DNA of 64,000 bases from NCBI GenBank assembly GCA_964187785.1, contig OZ076411.1, positions 89,652,001-89,716,000 of the forward strand. The letters are read 5' to 3'. Each line of letters begins with the position of its first letter. The first letter of the stretch is position 1. The notes beneath the pieces are model-generated. The model saw only the letters and a list, made by a program, of their open reading frames with translations. It was not told the DNA's origin and searched no databases. Below, piece after piece: positions 24,927 to 35,455 of this stretch. The position numbers and the translations under genes are program-made. This stretch comes from Amphiscolops sp. MND2022. Taxonomy: Eukaryota.

Positions 24927-27900
24927 TTTCGCCACATCTTCAGTTTGGGGAAATTGTCGAAACCCGACATTTCACAACATCGGAGCCCCCAATCACGTAC
25001 GATCACGAAGAACACAATAAGCGCTGTGAACAACCATCTCTCGACTGGCAACGAAGATGGCAAATTCACAAGCTCCACAAATACAACCGTCAAACTGCGA
25101 CCAAAAAAGACTACCCACACTGGTACATTGACAACCCGACCGACTACAATACCCCAAAACGACCCCTACCTGAAAGCACCTCCCCCGAAGCCTACATCCA
25201 TAACCCCGACTTCAACTGCGACCCGTACCACAATCCCCAACTTTATGACAGAGAAACATTAACCTTTAGACAGAGAGAGTGCACGCCATTTGAGGAATAC
25301 ATCAAGAAAACAGGAATGAACATCTCAACAGAGCCACGTCACAGACCAAAAACTGTCCAACCTGTACCAGATTACGACCAAGATGTAGAGCCTGTGACAG
25401 CAATATTAGTCGATAACCCGACTAACAGACCCAAGTCCATACTCAAAAATCAGGGATCTCAAATCACGGCCCCCCAATCGCCACCAAAAGGCCAACAAGT
25501 CAACCCTATCAGAGCCGGAATCTTACGATCCCCAACAATGGACGCGGCACCCGACTGCCACCAACACGAAAACACTACCTGCAGGACCACGACTGAAGCC
25601 GTGGACCTGGCCCAACCCACAATCAACAAGAAGACAACTCCCTCCAAACCAACAACAAGGAGGATCAAGAGGTCTCTACTTTTAGAGCCCCCCCCACCTC
25701 AATAGTCAGCCGCAAGATGAAGTTGAACTCACCCAACCCATCATGACTGACGCAACTAACATGCAGCCTGAATCACAATCAGGTGTTGCAAACAGCACAC
25801 CTCAACAGGACAGCTCCAGGTCCTACCCCTCAGAGCAGACTGCAGATTACCCGAGGCAAAACCATAGGGCCAGGGGAACCCCCAATCCCCTCTCCCAAAA
25901 CGACAGTCAGTCTGAAAACGAAGTCGAGGACCCTCGACCCATAGAGACTGCCACAACGAACATGCAATCTGGATCCCCCTCAGGTGCTGAAAACGACACA
26001 CCGCCACAGGACGAACCCCAGTCCTACCCTACGTCCCAGATTGCAAATTACCTCACATGGGAACCCGTGACCAACGAGCAATGCATCCCAATCTTCTCTC
26101 TCAGCAGTGACACTCAAGAAGAAGAAGAAAATGCCATTTGCTCCAATGGATTTCCAGGACTTAACCCTGGATGCCCTCATAGATTCCGGCGCCCTTGTTA
26201 ACTGCATTTCAGAAAAAGACTACAACAAAATCTTTCAAATGTCCCCCAAAGACATAGTTAAAAAATTGGAACCACCCCTTCAAACTTCAAGTCGCAAATG
26301 GCGACATCGAAACACCAACCAAGACAGTCATCCTCCGATTCGAAATAGGGGACTGGAACTTTAAAGAAACATTCATTGTTGCCAAACGACTGACAGGCCC
26401 AATACTCGGCCTCACTTTCCTCAAGAACAATAGTGCCATCTTGGATGTGAGTCAGGGCCTGCTCCACTTCCCTCACCTCACATATTCCATCGAAACTGAT
26501 GAGTATACCTGCAACCTAAAACTCTATAAAGTCCAAATAAAGAACCCACTTACCATACCTCCCGAGGCAACGCAGACAATCACTGGCTACACGGACATAT
26601 CATCCAGCATCGACACAACCGGTGTCATCAACCCAGCCACCAATCACTGTAGCGGTGACCCACTGGTGGTAGCCAGCTCAATATCAACAGCCTCAAGCCG
26701 TAAGATCGACGTCAGGGTGACCAACATCACCCCCACACCCTACACCATAAAAAAGAATTCGACGATAGCGGAGTTCAAAATTATGTCGCCAGAAGAAGCC
26801 AAAGAACTCAAACCAATCAACACAGCAGCACTCAAAGTGCTCACCGAAGATGATTCAGAAGACGCAATAGTCTATATCAATTAACTTCTAAAAACTTCTG
26901 ACAAAGCCTCCAACAACCAAAACTTTTGGTTCCCTACGCCAAATGACCCCGGGGACCCTATTACCCACACGCCGATCCAATGCCGAATATTGCGAGAAAT
27001 AAAAGAACTGGAAGACATTCAGAAACTAAACCCTACCAACAGCGACGAAGAAAGGGAGGCATTCCTCAAAAACTTCGAATGGGATGACACACAACTGTCA
27101 ACAGACGACCAAAAAGACATCGAAGAAACACTCATCGAGTTTAACGATATTTTTGCCAGGCATCCACTGGACATTGGAATCAACCACGATTTCAAAATTA
27201 AACTCACGCCGAAAACAGATGAACCAGTCTACTCACAGAGCTTGCCCTGTCCTAATAACCTAAAAGATGACTTGACAGTGGAACTGGCATTAATGCACTA
27301 CTTCGGGATCATAACAACCCTCCCATTCAGCAAACACGCCAGCCCGATCTTTGCCCTGCGCAAACCGAATGGCCGACTGCGCCTACTAGTGGACCTCAAA
27401 AAGATCAACAACTTGATCTCGGACGATTACATAAACAACAATCATCCGGTCAGCACACTAACCGATGCCGCGCAACACCTCGCTGGCAAGAAGTTGTTTT
27501 GCAAACTTGACTGCTCACAAGCGTACCACGTACTGCAGATGGCAGACCAGAAGTCCGTCCAACTCCTCGCCTTCAACTTCGCCAGCAGAACTTTCGCGTA
27601 CCTCAGACTGGCCCAAGGACTGAGCCGATCACTATCGTCCTTCTCAAGCTTCATGCGAGAATACCTGGACAAGGCAATAAAGGCGGACAAATGCGCCCAG
27701 TACGTAGATGACATTGGAATTGCCACAAACACTCCCGAAGAGTTGAAGAACAACTTGAGAGAGGTCTTCCAATGCATCCGCGCAGCAGGACTCCGGCTTA
27801 CAATGGCCAAATGTCAGTTCGGCGCCAATGAAGTCGAAATCCTTGGGCGAACAATCTCTCCATCGGGTGTGGCGCCCCAGACCCACAAAATACAGAAGTA

Positions 27901-30533
27901 CTTGCAAAAGCTCAAATTCCCCCGAACGAAGAAAGGACTTCAAAGATACATCGGATTTGTAAATTATTACAGAAACTATATCCCCCGATTATCAGAGAAG
28001 ATCGCTCCTTTCCACGAACTCATAAAAACTGACAAGCCAGCAAAAATCGACCAGGAACTTATATCCAACTTCGAAGCCATCAACAGGTCATTGGACAACG
28101 CGTGCGGACTTTGGCTCAAACAACCACTGCCAAACCGATAGTACGTCTTGATGACTGACGCCAACTTTAAAAACGCCGGATACGCCCTAATGACCGAAGA
28201 GGACCCAGAACAGAAGATCACTTCCACCAAGAAAACCTATGCCCCTGTAGCATTTGGATCCAAAACCTTCTCCCCATCACAATTGAAAATGTCAATTTAT
28301 GCCAAGGAGTTTTTGGCCATCTACTTTGCCTTCATGGAGTATAGCCATATCTTGTGGGGGTCCACCAAACCAATCATTGTCCTGACAGACAACAAGTCAG
28401 TCACGAGGTTTTTCCAAACCAAAATGATTCCACCCTCCCTGTGGAACGCCTGCGATTTTGTACTCCAATTTCACTTCAAATTCGCCCATGTACCGGGACG
28501 AATGAACACAGCGGCCGACTTCCTCTCCCGATTGGACATCAGCCCCTCAAAAAAGTCCTTCTCCAAATCAGAGAAGACATCCAAACAACACCCATCCAGG
28601 TGAATATCCAATCCTCCGACATTCACGAGGAAGACCAGTTCTACTTTTTACCAGAAGACGACTCCGAGATAGAAGAAGACATTTGGGAGCGAAAACAAAG
28701 AGCGCGCAAGAAAATATACAGCCCCAAGAACACCAAACTGACTCACCAGCCGCGACAAATGAGACAAACTCTCAAACGGAGAACTTACCATTAGTCTGCA
28801 ATAATATCCAAGACCCAGAACAAGAACAAAGGCGCCAACTTCACAGTGACACAAGTTTCCCACGTAGTCTAAGACCGCACCAGGACCAGGACCCCGTCCT
28901 CCGAAATCTCAAACTGAAAATGTTAAAGGAGCCATATGACACCCAACTTCTGAACGATGATCCCAGAGCAACCAAATACTTAACCCAAGAAGACAGAATC
29001 ACCATCAAAGATGGGCTACTGTACAGACAATACTTCGGAGACAATGGGAAAGTAAAATATCCACAGGTGCTACTCCCTCAACAGCTGGTCGACGAATTCA
29101 TCCAACACGAACATGGAAAGTATGGAAAACACCCAGGGATAGCCAAAACCATTCAACAATGCCGTGAAAAGTACTATTTTCTAGGACTCGCTGCAAAAAT
29201 AGCCAACCACATCTCACTCTGCAGAGAATGCGCCCAAACAAAGAGAACCCCAGACAGTTGCATCACACCACCCTTAATTGATATGTCACAACTAGCACTG
29301 GGACCTGAGGATGCGCTCCAAATGGACATAGTCCCATTTGACGACCCATCAGGTGGATACAATGCGGTTATTACAGCAATGGATATCTTCTCCCGATACC
29401 TCTTTGCATACAGTGTTACTAGAATTGATACCAGAACCGTCACCCGAGTCCTAATAGACATCATTACTCGACACAGCTACCTCCCCACAACCATCATCAC
29501 AGATAAAAGGTCCCAATTTGTAGCAGAATCCATGCAACAAATCACTACAGCTCTGGGAATCCAATTGAGGCATGCTACCACAAAACATGCCCAAACAATA
29601 GGTATCCTGGAACGAACTCACGCCTCACTGAAAGAGAGTCTCAAAATTGTGACAGGGGAAAGGCGTACAATGTGGCATCAATTTTTACCAAAGGCGGTAT
29701 TAAATTACAATACCTCATATCACACGTCCCTGGGCTGTGAGCCTAGCAGAGTGTTCCACGGAAGAGTCCCCTACAATGTAGTTGATCTGAAATACGGACT
29801 CAAAACAGAAAATCCTGCCCCAACCAACAGTGAAACTGCTGAAGGAGTGCTCCGACAGACAAAAGAAATCGTCGAGCAGACACAACAGTCACTGATGCAG
29901 GCCTACGTTCGCCACAAACTCTCTTACGACAAGAAGGCATCCGCCAACCCCTTGGTAGTAAACGACTACTGCTATGCATTGCATCCAAAGGCGCATAGCC
30001 AATCGACAAAACTGCCGTTCAGAGACTACCTTTGGACGGGACCATATATCGTGGTCAAGACTCTACCAAACAACAATTATTTAGTTCGAAAACTTCAGAC
30101 AAATCTCACACAGATCCTACATAGAATCAGGCTCAGACCATTTAAGAGTACACACAAACTGCCTGACATCTCCACACCCCTCAAGGAGTTCCAGCAAGAT
30201 AACGAAGTTATCATACAACATGACGACCTATACGCCTTAGCGTGGCAAGAGCTTTACCAAAAAGACCCTACCCATCTCGGAAACAGCCCGTCACCCGAAC
30301 CCAAATTGACACCGCCAAACACAGAAACAGCCGACGAAACCACCCACCCCGATCCATTGCCCGAACCTGAAAACATTAGTAATCACCCGGAAGCCCAGGC
30401 AGATGATCTAACCCTAGACATAGCCGATGAACACCCGCACCCACCTCTAAATCCCCCCGGAAATCAAAGTACAATCTTCGACAAAACCCGACCTCAATTT
30501 GGAAGCCGGATTTTGCCCACTACAACCCTATAA
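24917..30533 (+). pseudogene. pol: pol of B: unknown N-terminal domain, protease, RT, RNase H, integrase
   Basis: ALIDSGALVNC protease; 383-aa RT ORF with CKLDCSQAY and QYVDD; RNase H (MTDA, KEFLAI, TDNKS); 616-aa ORF with H2C2, D-D-E residues (QMD, ITD, ERTH) and GPY motif; a few stops and frameshifts. Confidence 0.95.
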
Positions 30534-30811
30534 AAGTCAATCCAAAAAACTCGATAATCCTGAATCACGGGCCAGACGACATCCCAGAAATACAAGTTTT
30601 AGCGGACCTCGGTCCTTCAGAGTCTCTGTCCGCTCAGCCCGAGCAGCACTCCGGGCGAGCATCACGCACTGGGCAGCAGACATCATCATGGGCGACCCAG
30701 GAGAAACAGCCTTCAGACCCACTGAAAATACACGAAGCTGAAGTACAAGTCAACCGTACATTATTTACCCAGTCCAACACAACAAAACGACCACTAAAGA
30801 AAACGCAATCA

Positions 30812-31792
30812 TCAACAAAATAACAGCCTCATTTCAACAATACCTTTTTCCCAGTCGTTGTACACGACCGAAGGCTCCAGTCCGATTGCATCACGTCCAT
30901 GTTGCGTCCGGGACGTCTGGACACCCTCCTCAGCAAGCACAGATGCCGGGTCACTCTCAACAGCAGGGGTATCAATTGCCTTCTCACAAATGAAAACGTC
31001 GCTGCCACTGGAGGCAACAGCCCGAGGCACAACAGAAGCCTGCATCCCGATCATAGGAGTTGGATCAGGGACTATGAAACAAAATGAAAAGTATGCACAA
31101 GAGAACAAAACACATGCACCTAGCCTAGCACCCTTTTTCAAGCAACTTTAAACCAAGGAAGAAAGATGACGGAATACCTACTTTCAAGAGGAGGAACGTA
31201 GTCATCTCCAGAACTATCAACCAGAGTAGGTGGCCTGGCAATGGCTCCAGTCACTACATCTGCCAGTCGTACCCGCTTAGCAGACCGCACACTACTCGTC
31301 GACAGAAACCGACTAGTCCGTTGTTTTGAACTGCTCTGAGATTTCGTCTGGCTAGGGGGGACATATTCTTCGTCACTCTCATCATCAGTAGCTACAAAAA
31401 GTGGATGAAAAAGAATGCGTTCAAAGAAACCTAGAAAAGGTTGGCCACCTATCAATTTCTAAGAAAAGCTTACCTTTCTTCCTTGCCAGGTAGTCCAGAT
31501 CATGACGCTCCTCACTACAAGTCGAGTGGTAGGACCCAGTCTCCAAACAACTTTCACCATCAGAGTGCCCAGGACCCTCATCTCCAGAACTGTCCTTCTC
31601 GCCAAAACCATGACCAGCAGAGACTCCACCGTCACTTGCTTCTCCACCGTCCTCCTTTGTGCCATCCACAGACACTTCTCTACACTCACGGACAACTGAC
31701 TCAACCACAGACTCAACTTCCGCTCCACTCTCGACTAACTCCGCTTCACGACTGCGGTGCAACAATGCACTAACTTCTTCAGTGGAACACAT
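30812..31792 (-). pseudogene. Putative antisense accessory ORF of B (~330 codons after two frameshift repairs; acidic, Ser-rich)
   Basis: Minus-strand ORFs 31421-31798 (ATG at 31792), 31138-31455 and 30812-31141 abut and overlap; removing one T at ...RFL*/ERIL joins the first two; repeated DEEYVPP/GDDYVPP motif. Confidence 0.45.
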
Positions 31793-32050
31793 AATCAATT
31801 CTCTGAAAATAACAAACCATGAAACATAAAAAGAAGATGTGGCGTAAAATCAATGGAAATATCAATACTAGAAGTTATCGACTATATAAGGAGAGTTGTT
31901 CAGTCTGCCAGCTGAACAATTCAAAAAGCTCAACACAAATGGTGTGAACAAATTTTCAGGACGCGGATTAGTCAGTTATATTCCTAATCAACTGACAATC
32001 AGCTTGCTAATCAAACAAAATGTACAATTCCAACTCAAGCGATCAAACGA

Positions 32051-32614
32051 ATGAAGACGTCTTTATTCTCGAACGAGATCAGCCAGTACAACCAAGACAG
32101 GCCCAATACACCGCCGTCTAATTATAATATTATCAACCCAACGCAGCTTACTATTACTTATGAAAGATTTAAAACGGAAGATCTATACGTCGTCCTTGTC
32201 CATGAACAACTGCTTGAGAATGCAATTAACGCTGAAAACGAACAAGGAGTAATACGAAGATTTACTACAGACAATCCGGTTATACCAGATGATGAATTCG
32301 TGAGCTCAATCAGACGGTCCAATCAAGCAGACCAATACAGACCTGATTATATTTTCGACAGCCCTATGAGCTCGATCAGTGAGACCGACAGCAGCTCAGA
32401 AGGCTACTGGTCAGGCAGCAGTTGGGAAAGCAGCTCTTCATGGCGATCATACGATTCAATGAGAGACGACCTCACTACGCTATTTGATACACCGATACGA
32501 TCCATTTCCCAATTTCTTGTTCCCGAGGGAACAGGGCAAAGAAGCCGAGGACTGTCACAGCCCCACCTGAGCCGTGAGTTCTGCAGCAGAGACAACCCAG
32601 TCTTCGAAGAATAA
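32051..32614 (+). CDS. Uninterrupted 187-aa sense accessory ORF of B that reads through the PPT into the 3' LTR; product unknown (acidic, Ser-rich)
   Basis: ATG to TAA without lesions; last ~20 codons lie inside the LTR. Confidence 0.55.
   Translation: MKTSLFSNEISQYNQDRPNTPPSNYNIINPTQLTITYERFKTEDLYVVLVHEQLLENAINAENEQGVIRRFTTDNPVIPDDEFVSSIRRSNQADQYRPDYIFDSPMSSISETDSSSEGYWSGSSWESSSSWRSYDSMRDDLTTLFDTPIRSISQFLVPEGTGQRSRGLSQPHLSREFCSRDNPVFEE
32527..32552 (+). promoter_or_regulatory. PPT-like purine-rich tract before the 3' LTR of B
   Basis: GGGAACAGGGCAAAGAAGCCGAGGAC directly 5' of TGTCACAG; interrupted by pyrimidines. Confidence 0.55.
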
Positions 32615-34113
32615 TTAGGAAATGGAAAAAGGAGAAATGAAAGCAGAAAACCAGAAAACAATCAGTCCAATCCATATAACCTGAAACAATGGCGCTAACC
32701 GATATGTGCAACATAATTGATTAAATAAATATATACATACATATATATTGGTAATTATACAATTATACACAGACATATATTTACGTACTTACAGCATAAC
32801 GGAGCTTTGGTGCAGTTAATAATAATAATATTACAGTGCTACAGTTAACAACTGGAGCTTATTAATTGTGTTCATGAATGATATTGTCGGTTAAATATTA
32901 CATATAATGTTTTTTTTGCATGTAAATAGTGATTAATTAATAAACAAGCCTGGACCTCAGCCTGGGCCCAGGATTTAGTTGTACACATTAATAACATGTA
33001 TTTCCTATTCCCCGAACTTGTTGCTGTTGAATTACGTTAACCATCGCCCAAGATGATGTTTTTCATAATATTCGTCACCAGTATTTATTCTTTTTCTCCC
33101 GAAGTAAATTTGTCCGTCCCGGACTGTGGCCTGGGGCTAATGCCTCGCAGTTCTCAGTCAAATCAGCCTTGTAAACATCGCATAAACTGTCCTACCTACT
33201 CATTTACTTTCCTGTGTGCGATTTTGTTAGTCTAAAACTAGAACGATGCTACTTTTTTTAATCTAAAGAATATTTTTGTAAAATATTGACTGTCATTTTT
33301 TTCCAAATTCTCATACTCAATTTGCAGTACTTTTGATGATTCATCACTTTCGCTTTCGCCAAGTTCAGCTCCGGCGTCTTGAAAGAGCGGGAAATTGGAG
33401 GCGAAGGGAAGCGGAGTCGCAACTCAGACAGGAAGTGGACGCGTGCTTTCTTCGGAAAGCATGAACAAGCTGAAGGTCTGAGTTCGACAAAGCGGAACTG
33501 AACTTCCGGTTTCCCCGCTTGGGATGGACGCCGGACTGAACGGCATGTGAAATGTTGTTGAGTTTTCCCCGCTCTTCGGAGAGTGAAAAGTATAAATATG
33601 TTGAAATTTGGAAGCCATTTTTAGTTGAAATTTTGTTTCGTTGCGAATTAATAACTTGCTAAGTAAACGACAATTAACATTTTGCAATCCGCATTTTCTG
33701 TGTTCACCAGTCAGTTTAAAATATTTTTTAGGAAATTTTGAGATCAAATATAAACAGTATGCCTGAGCGAAGTTCTAAGAGGAAAGCCAGACGTGAATCA
33801 ATCACTAGTTCGGTAGATGAGCCAGAGTGTTCGAGCATGAAGACGGGAAACGTCCCCAGCATTTCCGACAAAGACTTTGCTGATTTGACAGGAAAAAATC
33901 GTAAGTCGGTGAATAAACGGATTAAGGACACAGAAACCGGACAACGAGAAATACTAAAAGTGATAGAAAATTTGTCTTCTAAAATAGTTTCGTTGGCTGA
34001 CAAGACATCTTGCGATTTGAACCAGGATTTAAATGGAGTAAACTCTGAAAACGTAATACTAGAGAATAGACCCATAGGATTAAACGAATTCCAACAAGAT
34101 GTCAGTCAACACA
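32553..34113 (+). repeat. 3' LTR of B (1561 bp)
   Basis: Direct repeat of 21987-23811; preceded by a purine-rich tract; followed by the TSD. Confidence 0.95.
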
Positions 34114-34301
34114 TTAGCGTGTTTCAACTGGTTTACACAACAACTGATTTGAGCAAAGTTGAAAACAGTGAAAGTTGTCACCAGCCTACACACTTTGATT
34201 GTTTTTCACTTTGAAAACGAATTCCAATCAAAAGGTGTACCAAATTAAAGTGTAAAACAATCAATTTCCGTCAACGTAAGAAGTGGAAATGAGTCAGAGT
34301 A

Positions 34302-35455
34302 CAGTGCATGAACAACAATTTACGGCTTGCTAGTTAAATGTATAAAATTTCTAGGAAGCGTGAAAAAATCTTACTTCCGGTCACTGTTAAAACATTATTA
34401 CGTTTAGAATGGTTAAAAGAACGTCTCAAGAACCCCTTAAGGTCGTTCTTTTTCGAGATTTGGGCCTATTCTGGGAGAAAATTTGAGAGAAGATACGTAT
34501 TTCAAACAAATCAACGGCTCAAACGATCAATAAAAGCTACCTGAAAGTTGGCAGTGTAGACGACGCAAAAAGGAGTGGCAGACCTCCGAAATTGATACGT
34601 AAAGATCAAAATTGGCTGCGAAGAATTGTTTGAAAAAACAACAAGGCATCGGCAGAAAAAATCGTGTTCTATTCAACAGTTTCATCATGAAAACTGTATC
34701 TGCAAAGACAATTCGACAAAATTTGCTCACAATGGACCTTGTAGGCCGTGCCGTTGCGAAGAAGCTTCAAATGAGAGCAGAATCCCGTGTTAATTGACTG
34801 CTCGGGGCAAAGCAGAGACGTAATAGGACAGGGGAGGAGTGGAAACGCCTTGTTTTTAGCGACGAATGCAAGTTTTCTGTGAAGAGTGATGGACGAGTCT
34901 TTGTCTGGAGGACCACTGGTACTCGGTACAAGCCAGAGAACACAATCGAGACGACAACGTCGCGATTTTCAACGAAGTTTTGGGGCTGCATAAGTGGCAA
35001 AGGGTCTCGAGTTTTGTTGAAGACCCCAAAAAGATGCAAGAGTGCAGACTATATTGATATGCTGAAGACGCCAGGAACCGACACGTTGGGCTATGACCAG
35101 TTTTTCATGGATGAAAACTGTCTCATCAATCGATCGAGTGAAGTTAAGCAGTGGCTTCATGACAATGGTATTGCGAAAGAGTTCTGGTCCCATACAGCCC
35201 AGATTTCAACCCCATAGAAAATGTTTGGGCCCAAATGAAGAGGGAAATCAACGCAATGCACCTAACCCCGGAGACCATCGAAGAAGCAGTTTATTATGTT
35301 TGGAATTCTGTTAAGGACTCTTTCATCAAAAAAGTTTATTCTTCTGTGGCCAATCGTATTTCACAATGTATTGGAAACCATGGTTTTTCAAAAAATACTA
35401 GATATGCGTTTTTTTGAAAATTCAACTGGGGCTGTGAACTTTTGTACATGCATTG
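34302..35455 (+). mobile_element. Tc1-like (Tc1/mariner) DNA transposon, decayed transposase
   Basis: TA|CAGTGCATG... and ...CATGCATTG|TA degenerate ~27-bp TIRs; motifs GRPPK, FSDECKF, FWGCIS and PYSPDFNPIENVW across frameshifts. Confidence 0.9.

Larger units (their letters stand above)
21987..34113 (+). mobile_element. Full-length Ty3/Gypsy LTR retrotransposon, family B (12.1 kb), mildly decayed
   Basis: Two LTRs TGTCACAG...CAACACA; 5-bp TSD TTAAC (21982-86) / TTAGC (34114-18) with one mismatch; PBS, gag, pol, PPT-like tract. Confidence 0.97.
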
